A stretch of 64,000 nucleotides of DNA from Longimicrobiales bacterium. Lineage in GTDB: Bacteria > Gemmatimonadota > Gemmatimonadetes > Longimicrobiales > Gaopeijiaceae. This document shows, piece after piece, positions 57,019 to 64,000 of this stretch (within the stretch, counting starts at the first letter, position 1; every line of letters begins with the position of its first letter). Where the stretch lies: the NCBI GenBank assembly GCA_965203485.1, contig OZ241892.1, positions 352,001 to 416,000 of the forward strand, written 5' to 3'. The notes under the pieces are model-generated. The model saw only the letters and a program-made list of their open reading frames with translations, had not been told where the DNA came from and did no database searches. The translations under genes were made by a program, and so were the position numbers.

Positions 57019-58644
57019 ATGATCTACATCTGCATTCCGGCGCGCGACGAGAGTCGCACGGTTGGCGTTCTGCTCTGGAGGATTCGGGAGACCATGGCCG
57101 AACTCGGCCGCGACTACCACGTGCTGGTCCTGGACGACGGTTCGAGCGACGACACCGCCGCCCTGCTCAAGCGGTACGAGCGCGTGCTGCCGCTGACCGT
57201 ACTGGCGCACGACCGTCCGCGCGGCTACGGCCGCGGAGTGGAGCGGCTCCTCAAGGAAGCGGCGAATCGAGTTCGCTACCCCAAGAGGGACGCGGTCGTC
57301 GTCATGCAGGCGGACTTCACCGACCCGCCCGAGCACTTGGCCAAGCTCGTCAGGACACTGGAGGGCGGGGCGGACGTCGTGGCCAGCGTGCCGTCCGGTG
57401 CGGCGCCGGCGCCGTGGCCCGTTCGTGCCGCCCTGCGCCTCGCGCGATTCGTCTTGGGGCGCCGAGGCGCGCCCTCGGACGCGGGCCGCCTGTGCGGCTT
57501 CCGCCTCTACCGCGCGAAGGTCGTCACGGCCGCCTTCGAAGCCGCGGCCGGACACCGGCTTCTTGCCCGCGACGGCTGGGCGGCCAATGCGGAGCTCCTT
57601 GCCAAGCTGGCGCCTTTCGCGCGCAGGGTGGCCGTCGCCCCCATGGAGCCGCGCTACGACATGCGGAGCCGCAGGAGCCGCGTGCGCCCGATCGCAGTTG
57701 CCGGCGAGCTGCTGCGTCTCCGCAGGACAGTTGCCGCGTTGGCATTGTGGTCGTCTGTGGGCTTGGCCGGCGTTCCCGGCGCGGCGCCGGGTCAAGCCTT
57801 CGTCCGCGATACGTTGCGGATGTCCACTCCGGCCCCGGCCCGCATCCCCTTCGCGGTCGGCGAGACGTTGCGCTACAAGGTCAAGTTCGGCTGGTTCAAC
57901 GTCGGCGAGGGCTGGATGTCGGTGCCCCGAGTCGACACGGTCGGGGAGTTTCCGGCGTACGCGGCGGAGTGGCGCATCAGTGGCGGCGTCCCCTTCTACA
58001 AGATGGACTCGAAGTTCTACAGCTGGATGGACGAGAGGACGCTGGTGTCCCGGCGCTTCGTCAAGGATCAGCACGAAGGAGGACGCAAGTCGTTCAAGGA
58101 ATACCTGTTCTTTCCCGAGGAGCGCAAAGCGCGGCGGATCGACTACGACACCACGAGCGTCATGCCCACTGCGTTGCCGCTGGACGACGTGTCGTTCGTG
58201 TACTTCGCGCGCACGTTGCCGCTGGAGGTCGGCGAGACCTACGTGTTCAACCGCTACTTCAAGGAGGAGGGGAACCCCGTCGTCATTCGGGTGCTGCGCA
58301 AGGACGAACGGAAGGTCGGCGCGGGCAAGTTCAATACGATCGTGGTGCAGCCCGTCATCAGCACGGACGGCCTGTTTTCGGAGGGCGGACGCGCGGAGAT
58401 ACACTTCTCCGACGACGAGCGCCGCATGGTGGTCTACATGGAAACGCATTTCGCCGGCATCAGCCTGTCGCTTCATCTCGAAGAGATCCTGCCGCCGGGG
58501 TCCGCCGAGGTGGAGTCGGCCGGCAGCGACGGGCCTGCTTTCGCTTCCGGCAGCGCGGCGACGGCGGGCCGGGGTTTCGCCGCCGCCGGCCTCGGTTGCG
58601 GTCCCGCCGACTCCGGGCGCGGCGTGGAGGGAGCACGGCGCTGA
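57019..58644 (+). CDS. Glycosyltransferase family 2 domain fused in frame to a DUF3108-like domain
   Basis: IYICIPARDE, DDGSSD, MQADFT; then hydrophobic linker and PFAVGETLRYKVKFG...IHFSDDERR. Confidence 0.7.
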   Translation: MIYICIPARDESRTVGVLLWRIRETMAELGRDYHVLVLDDGSSDDTAALLKRYERVLPLTVLAHDRPRGYGRGVERLLKEAANRVRYPKRDAVVVMQADFTDPPEHLAKLVRTLEGGADVVASVPSGAAPAPWPVRAALRLARFVLGRRGAPSDAGRLCGFRLYRAKVVTAAFEAAAGHRLLARDGWAANAELLAKLAPFARRVAVAPMEPRYDMRSRRSRVRPIAVAGELLRLRRTVAALALWSSVGLAGVPGAAPGQAFVRDTLRMSTPAPARIPFAVGETLRYKVKFGWFNVGEGWMSVPRVDTVGEFPAYAAEWRISGGVPFYKMDSKFYSWMDERTLVSRRFVKDQHEGGRKSFKEYLFFPEERKARRIDYDTTSVMPTALPLDDVSFVYFARTLPLEVGETYVFNRYFKEEGNPVVIRVLRKDERKVGAGKFNTIVVQPVISTDGLFSEGGRAEIHFSDDERRMVVYMETHFAGISLSLHLEEILPPGSAEVESAGSDGPAFASGSAATAGRGFAAAGLGCGPADSGRGVEGARR

Positions 58645-59186
58645 GAGCCGGGGAACGACGTTTGCGCCTTCGCAGCGCGTGGCTTCTGGCCGCGGTGTGC
58701 CTCTGGTTCGCTCGGCCAACCGAGTGGTCGCTCTGGTTGGGGGCCTGCGTGGTCTTGACGGGCTTGGCCGTGAGGGCCTGGGCCGCTGGCACGCTCGAAA
58801 AGGACTGGCGCCTGACCGTCGCCGGCCCCTACGCCTTCACGCGGAACCCGCTCTACCTTGGGAGCTTGATCATCGGCCTGGGCGCCTCCGCGGCTTCGGG
58901 CCAACCGTGGCTCGCAATCGTCTTCCTGGCCTTCTTCGCGTGGACGTACCTGCCGACGATGACGTCGGAAGCCCAGCGCCTTGAGAAGCAGTTCGGCCCG
59001 GACTACGCGCGCTACAGAGCTCGGGTGCCACTTCTGATTCCTCGCCTCCGCCGCTACCGCGTCGTCTCGCCCGGCGCCGCTGACACGTCCTTTTCGCTCG
59101 GCCGCTACGGTCGCAACAAGGAGTACGAAGCCCTGCTCGGCGCCGTCGCCGGCTTCGCGGCGTTGCTTGTCAAGGCGGCGTGGTAG
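58641..59186 (+). CDS. Isoprenylcysteine carboxyl methyltransferase / PEMT-like membrane protein
   Basis: GPYAFTRNPLYLG, EAQRLEKQFG.DYARY...VP; probable CTG start overlapping the upstream stop, RBS GGAGG. Confidence 0.8.
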   Translation: MRAGERRLRLRSAWLLAAVCLWFARPTEWSLWLGACVVLTGLAVRAWAAGTLEKDWRLTVAGPYAFTRNPLYLGSLIIGLGASAASGQPWLAIVFLAFFAWTYLPTMTSEAQRLEKQFGPDYARYRARVPLLIPRLRRYRVVSPGAADTSFSLGRYGRNKEYEALLGAVAGFAALLVKAAW

Positions 59187-59604
59187 GCTGCTCCGGCGCT
59201 TCGTCGTTTCCGTCGGCCTGAACTAGATACAGCACGGGTCCGCCCAAGGTTGCGCCCTTGGCGTGCACCTCGAAGTCGTAGCGTCCGGGCACGGGGAAGA
59301 CGACGTCCTTCAGCGGGACGGCCAGCCGCATCCGGGGAGGAGGCCGGTCGGGGGGGCGCCGTTGCACGTCGGCGTGCCCGTCGACCGTGAGCGTCGGGCG
59401 TCCGCTCGGGCCCTTGACGTGGACCCGAAACTGATGGCGTCCTTCGTCTTCCCGGTCCCATTCGAGGGACAGGACGAGCATCAAATGGTCTTGCTGGGCG
59501 GGGAAGCCCGGGGCGTACAAGTCGTGGAACACGCCGCTCAGGTCCAGCTTGCCGTCGGGCGAGACCGATGCCCGGTCGCACAGAACGGCCGCCAGGAGCC
59601 TCAA
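59170..59604 (-). CDS. DUF6941-like hypothetical protein
   Basis: LAAVLCDRA...GKLDLSGVF, VVFPVPGRY; TTG start overlapping the upstream stop. Confidence 0.65.
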   Translation of the reverse strand: MRLLAAVLCDRASVSPDGKLDLSGVFHDLYAPGFPAQQDHLMLVLSLEWDREDEGRHQFRVHVKGPSGRPTLTVDGHADVQRRPPDRPPPRMRLAVPLKDVVFPVPGRYDFEVHAKGATLGGPVLYLVQADGNDEAPEQPTTPP

Positions 59605-61319
59605 GCGTCCGTCCCCCGTCGGCCGGGGCGTCCCCGCCGCTGTCCGCAACTAGAGTCTGCAACGGGCTCCGGCCCCTGCCGGCCGGGGCGTCCCCATCCG
59701 CCGCCCCCCGGAGAGCGAATGCTGATCACGTCGCCCGCCCGGGCGCTCACCGTGGCCTTGCCGCGCAGGGTCGTCTCCTCGCCGCCGCGCACGAGCGCGT
59801 TGACGCCGGGCGCTCCGGCCTCTCCGCCTTGCGCGCCCGCGGGCCCGCGCGAACGCCGGTCGCACAGCAGCGTCACGGTTGCGTCGGCGAGAAGCATGAC
59901 GTCCCGGCGCAGCCCGTCGCCGCCCCGGTGGATCCCGCGCCCGCCCGTGTCCCGGCGAATCGAGTATCGAGTCACGCGAAACGGATACGAGTGCTCCAGC
60001 GCTTCGACCGGCGTGTTCAGGGAGTTGGACATGTGGCAGTGCACGCCCGAGAGGCCGGGCCCGCCGGGTCCCGCGCCCATTCCGCCGCCCACGGTCTCGT
60101 AGTAGGCGAAGGGACGGTGGGTCCGGGAATCGGTTCCGCCCATGGCGGTGTTGTTCATGGTTCCCTGCGACAGCGCAGGCATCAAGTTCGGGAGGGCGCG
60201 CGCGAACGCGAGCATGAGCACGTCGGTGATCCGCTGGCTGGTCTCCACGTTGCCGGCCGCCACCGAGGCCGGCGGCTGGGCGTTCACCAGCGAACCGGAC
60301 GGCATACGGAGCTCGACGGCGCTCATGGAGCCGCCGCCCGCCGGCAGGGTCTCGCCGAGGATCGCTTCCACGACGCACCGAACCACGTAGCGCGCTGCCG
60401 ACGAGGTGATGGCGGCAACGGCGTTCACGCCGCCGGCGGCTTGGGGCGCGGTTCCCGCAAAGTCCACGACGAGGCGAGAGCCGCTGACCGCCAGCGCCGC
60501 TTGAACTCGCAACGGGCCCGACCCGAAGCCGTCGTCGTCAAGGTGGTCCACCGCGCTGTACTCGCCGTCCGGGATGCGGGCCACGCCCGCTTCCACCAGG
60601 CGGTCCGCGTACGACACCAGCGCCGTCATGGCGGCCAGCGTCTGCGAGAGACCCCGCGAATCCACGATGTCCAGGAGACGGCGCCTGCCGGCGTGCAACG
60701 CGGCCATCTGCGCGTCGAGGTCGCCGGCCCGCTCGTTCGGGGTGCGCACGTTGGCGAGCAGCGTGCGCCAGAGATCCTCGTTGCGGACGCCCCGCTCGTA
60801 GAGCCGGACCGGCGGAATCCGCAGTCCCTCCTGAAAGATCTCGCGCGCCAAGGGCATCGAGCCCGGCGACATGCCGCCTACGTCCGAATGGTGGGCCCGC
60901 GACGCGACGAATCCAACCAGCGTGTCGTTGGGGGCGGCGCAATGGACGGGCGCTACGACGGTCACGTCGGGCAGGTGCGTGCCGCCGTCGAACGGATCGT
61001 TCAAGCACGCGACGTCGCCGGGCGCGAGCTCGCCGAGATTGTCGAGCGCGGCGGCCACGCTCATCGGCATGGCCCCGAGGTGCACCGGCATGTGGTCGCC
61101 CAGCGCCACGGCCGTGCCGTCGGCGTCGAACAGCGCACATGAGTAGTCCTGGCGTTCCTTGATGTTGGGCGAGAACGACGCCCGCTTGAGCGCGGCGCCC
61201 ATCTCCTCGGCGAGCGCCGTGAACAGATGGCGGAAGACTTCGAGGGCGACCGGGTCCACGGTTACGGTCTGGTCCTGTGCGCCAGGAGCGCCGCCACGGC
61301 GAGGCGCGGACTCAGTCAT
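59601..61319 (-). CDS. Hydantoinase B / oxoprolinase family protein
   Basis: DPVALEV, SPNIKERQDYSCA, PVHLG, NDPFDGGTHLPD, HHSDVGG, YYETVGGG, NTPVE, SPGGGGWG. Confidence 0.9.
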   Translation of the reverse strand: MTESAPRRGGAPGAQDQTVTVDPVALEVFRHLFTALAEEMGAALKRASFSPNIKERQDYSCALFDADGTAVALGDHMPVHLGAMPMSVAAALDNLGELAPGDVACLNDPFDGGTHLPDVTVVAPVHCAAPNDTLVGFVASRAHHSDVGGMSPGSMPLAREIFQEGLRIPPVRLYERGVRNEDLWRTLLANVRTPNERAGDLDAQMAALHAGRRRLLDIVDSRGLSQTLAAMTALVSYADRLVEAGVARIPDGEYSAVDHLDDDGFGSGPLRVQAALAVSGSRLVVDFAGTAPQAAGGVNAVAAITSSAARYVVRCVVEAILGETLPAGGGSMSAVELRMPSGSLVNAQPPASVAAGNVETSQRITDVLMLAFARALPNLMPALSQGTMNNTAMGGTDSRTHRPFAYYETVGGGMGAGPGGPGLSGVHCHMSNSLNTPVEALEHSYPFRVTRYSIRRDTGGRGIHRGGDGLRRDVMLLADATVTLLCDRRSRGPAGAQGGEAGAPGVNALVRGGEETTLRGKATVSARAGDVISIRSPGGGGWGRPGRQGPEPVADSSCGQRRGRPGRRGTDA

Positions 61320-62027
61320 CGCCCGGCGACCGCCGCATGCGTCTTGGCCCGCCCCCGGACCGGCGCGCGCGGGCTCCGTCACGGGACGGCGCCGACTCTC
61401 TCGCGCCGCGGTCGGCCGGAGCACGCGGCTCGCCGCCGCGCGGAGAGTGGCTCCGTCGCAGGGGCGTGCCGGCTCGCCCACACCCCGATGCGCGGACCGT
61501 CTCACGCCGGAGGGGTTCCTTCATGGGCTTACGACCCTCGCCCGGTACGCGTGGCGCCGCGCCTCTTCCATGCTCGTTTCGTCATCTCTCGGAGGTCCTC
61601 GGCTTTGCTTCGTCCGGGTCTCGCGCGACCCGCCACCGCTCGCAGGCGCGCGAAAGGTACCGTGACGGCGCGCCTCGAAGGGAACGCGAACGGTTGCCAT
61701 CAATAACGGCGAAAGCCTTCGGGCGAGGCAAGAGCCGGGCGGGTCGGGGTTTCCTCGTGAACCCCCAGCCGCCCGAGGGAGCCGCCCGCCCTGACGGACT
61801 CCTGTTTGGGTTCGTCAGCGCGCGGGCCATGCAGGAGCCGCCCTTGCCCGCGCCCGCGGTCCGGTTGCGGGGGCGGCGTCGGTTGCCACGGGTCGTCCAT
61901 TCCCCGAGGGCGGCGCAATGGCGGATTGCGCCTGCAGGCCGCTTCAACGTATGTTCCAAGGTTGCCTTGCGGCCGGGCGGCGGATGCCGTGGCCGCTTCC
62001 ACACGTCAACCAACAAGGGGAAGTAAG

Positions 62028-62297
62028 GTGCCTAAGCAAGAACCGATGGACCGGGCGCGCGACGAATTGTTCAGCCACATTCATCGTTGCGGCGTCTTGG
62101 AAGCGAACGTGGACGACCAAGATTCATGGATGAACGAGACGATGGGGTATTTGGCCGAGCGGTACCCCGACCTGGGCGAGAAGGACCTGGTGCGTCTCAA
62201 GGCAGTGGGAATGCGTTTCTGCCAACCCGTCATATCGAGGCTGTCGCGCGACGAGGCTGCGGAGCACCCCGTGTTGGGACCCCCGAAGGAAGCATGA
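62028..62297 (+). CDS. Small hypothetical protein (89 aa)
   Basis: GTG with purine-rich RBS; natural-looking sequence (ARDELFSHIHRCGV...ERYP...GMRFCQP); ATGA overlap with the next gene. Confidence 0.7.
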   Translation: MPKQEPMDRARDELFSHIHRCGVLEANVDDQDSWMNETMGYLAERYPDLGEKDLVRLKAVGMRFCQPVISRLSRDEAAEHPVLGPPKEA

Positions 62298-63421
62298 CAC
62301 CGAATTCTCCAGCTACGGAGCGCGCGATGAAGACGCGTCGAGACTTTCTGAAGGCTTCGGCGGGCGCCGGCTTGGGCGCGGCGGTCGTTGCCGGTGGAGC
62401 GAGGCCCTTGGCGGGCGCCCCTGCGGTTCTGAAGTTGCGCAAGGCCCCCGTGGCCGTGGCCAGCGCCAATGGGCTGGAGTCCGTGGCCACGGCCGTTGGG
62501 GTCGTCGCCGACGGCGGCGATGTGCTGGACGCGGTCGTGCAGGGCGTGAATTCGGTCGAGCTTGATCCGGGCGACGCCTCCGTGGGCTACGGCGGGTTGC
62601 CCAATGCCGACGGCGTCGTGCAGCTGGATTCGTCCGTCATGCACGGCCCCAGCCGCGGGGCGGGAGCCGTCGCGGCCTTGGAGGGAGTGAAGATGCCGTC
62701 GCGGGTCGCCGTCGACGTCATGCGGCACACGGACCACGTGTTGCTCGTGGGCAAGGGCGCCCAGCGCTTCGCCGTTTCCATGGGGCATCCGATCGAAGAC
62801 CTGCTGACCGAGCGGGCGCGTCGCCGTTGGATCGAGTGGCGTGCTCGCATGAGCGACCGGGACGACTACCTGACCGCCGAGGAATCGGGGTATCCGCCTC
62901 CGCCCCCCAGCGACACGGGCGAGCCGGTGGATCCCTTCGACTCGCACGACGGCGTTCGGCCCCACGGCACGATCAACTGCAACGTCGTGAACCAGGACGG
63001 CGACCTCGCGGGCGTCACCACGACGTCGGGACTGGCGTGGAAGATTCCCGGCCGGGTGGGCGACTCGCCGATCGTCGGCGCCGGCCTCTATGTCGACAAC
63101 GACGTCGGCGCCTGCGGTTCGACGGGGCGCGGCGAGGCTGTCATCAAGACATGCGGCTCGCACTCGGTGGTGGAAGCGATGCGCGCGGGGATGTCGCCCC
63201 AGGACGCGTGTCTGGAAGCGTTGCGCCGAATCGTCCGGTACACCGTCGAGCCCCGCCTCCAGGACGAACAAGGCCGGCCGAACTTCAACGTCAACTACTA
63301 CGCCGTGAACAAGAACGGAGACTACGGCGGAGCCGCCATCTGGTCTGGCGCGCGGTTCGCGGTTTGCGGAGACGACGAGGCCCGCCGGGAGGATTCGGCA
63401 TATCTCTTCGACCGCGGCTGA
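62294..63421 (+). CDS. Glycosylasparaginase / isoaspartyl peptidase (Ntn hydrolase) with Tat signal
   Basis: TRRDFLK Tat motif, SVGYGGLPN, HGTI (catalytic Thr), TTSG, GRVGDSP, STGRGE; alternative ATG at 62327. Confidence 0.9.
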   Translation: MTPNSPATERAMKTRRDFLKASAGAGLGAAVVAGGARPLAGAPAVLKLRKAPVAVASANGLESVATAVGVVADGGDVLDAVVQGVNSVELDPGDASVGYGGLPNADGVVQLDSSVMHGPSRGAGAVAALEGVKMPSRVAVDVMRHTDHVLLVGKGAQRFAVSMGHPIEDLLTERARRRWIEWRARMSDRDDYLTAEESGYPPPPPSDTGEPVDPFDSHDGVRPHGTINCNVVNQDGDLAGVTTTSGLAWKIPGRVGDSPIVGAGLYVDNDVGACGSTGRGEAVIKTCGSHSVVEAMRAGMSPQDACLEALRRIVRYTVEPRLQDEQGRPNFNVNYYAVNKNGDYGGAAIWSGARFAVCGDDEARREDSAYLFDRG

Positions 63422-63428
63422 CGAGCGT

Positions 63429-64000
63429 GTGAGCGGCGGAGCCACCACGGCGACGAACCAGTCGGCGGACGACGAGGCCGGCGCCGCCCAATCCAGCCGG
63501 CCGGCCCGCAACGCCGCAAAGCCCAGCACGCCCAAGGCGAGGGCGTCCAAGTCCGCCGGCAAGTCCAAGGCGGCTAGGCCCAGCGTGCGCAGTGGCGTCG
63601 CGCCCAAGCCGAAGGCGAGCGCCAAGGCGGCGAAGCGCGCACCCAAGGCCAAGACTGCGACGACGGGCGCCAAGCCCAAGTCCCGCGGGCGCGCTTCCAC
63701 GTTCAGCGCCGCCGAGTCCAAGGCGAGCGCGAAGCCGACGACTGCCAAGAACACGCCGAGCTCCAAGAGGGCCGCGCCGAAGCCGTCCGCGAAGCCGAAG
63801 GTTGCCAAGGGGACGCCCGAGTCCGAGACGGACAAGCAGCCTCCTTTGGAAGCCAAGCCTGCCGGGGTTGCGTCGGCGTCGAAGGCGGCGAAGTCCAAGG
63901 CGGCGCCGAAGCCGTCCGCGAAGCCGAAGGTTGCCAAGGGGACGCCCGAGTCCGAGACGGACAAGCAGCCTCCTTTGGAAGCCAAGCTTGCCGGGGTTGC
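63429..64000 (+). CDS. Lys/Ala/Pro-rich low-complexity (histone-H1-like) N-terminus, runs off the window
   Basis: Open frame from GTG 63429 to the end with AAG/GCC/CCG-biased codons (AKPK, AKAAK). Confidence 0.6.
   Translation, partial: MSGGATTATNQSADDEAGAAQSSRPARNAAKPSTPKARASKSAGKSKAARPSVRSGVAPKPKASAKAAKRAPKAKTATTGAKPKSRGRASTFSAAESKASAKPTTAKNTPSSKRAAPKPSAKPKVAKGTPESETDKQPPLEAKPAGVASASKAAKSKAAPKPSAKPKVAKGTPESETDKQPPLEAKLAGV
63774..64000 (+). repeat. Tandem repeat with 129-bp (43-aa) period
   Basis: GCGCCGAAGCCGTCCGCGAAGCCGAAGGTTGCC... at 63774 and 63903, near-identical to the window end. Confidence 0.9.

Noticed and set aside
61727..61848. 5S rRNA or a known riboswitch
   Set aside because: Similar size and junction, but conserved 5S and riboswitch sequence motifs are missing and there is no rRNA operon

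Overview
GC-rich bacterial window. Gene content (PorX-like regulator, 6-bladed propeller lipoproteins, DUF6941/DUF3108-like genes, many secreted peptidases) suggests a Gemmatimonadota-like Gram-negative; this is inference only. 1-27.5 kb is a defence island: type III R-M mod/res with a decayed Fic gene and a short repeat array between them, two unrelated secreted-protein genes, then an SspABCD-type phosphorothioation operon (cysteine desulfurase, DUF4007, P-loop ATPase, PAPS-reductase-like). That operon is followed not by sspE/sspFGH but by a coupled, lower-GC GIY-YIG nuclease, a DGQHR/DndB-like protein and an SNF2 helicase. sspC is frameshifted at a G25 tract and carries an in-frame palindromic repeat-spacer insert. 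The DGQHR gene is split by an IS21 element and the SNF2 gene by an IS3 element, both with exact TSDs. An Rpn/YhgA-like gene with a strong internal start site closes the island. 27.7-64 kb is mostly peptide/amino-acid catabolism, a TonB-dependent receptor and an envelope/lipid A operon. It also holds a lower-GC locus of ECF sigma, zinc peptidase and two tandem [Cys-rich secreted protein + beta-propeller lipoprotein] modules. No rRNA, tRNA or CRISPR-Cas was found. All calls come from reading motifs by eye; no database search was run.
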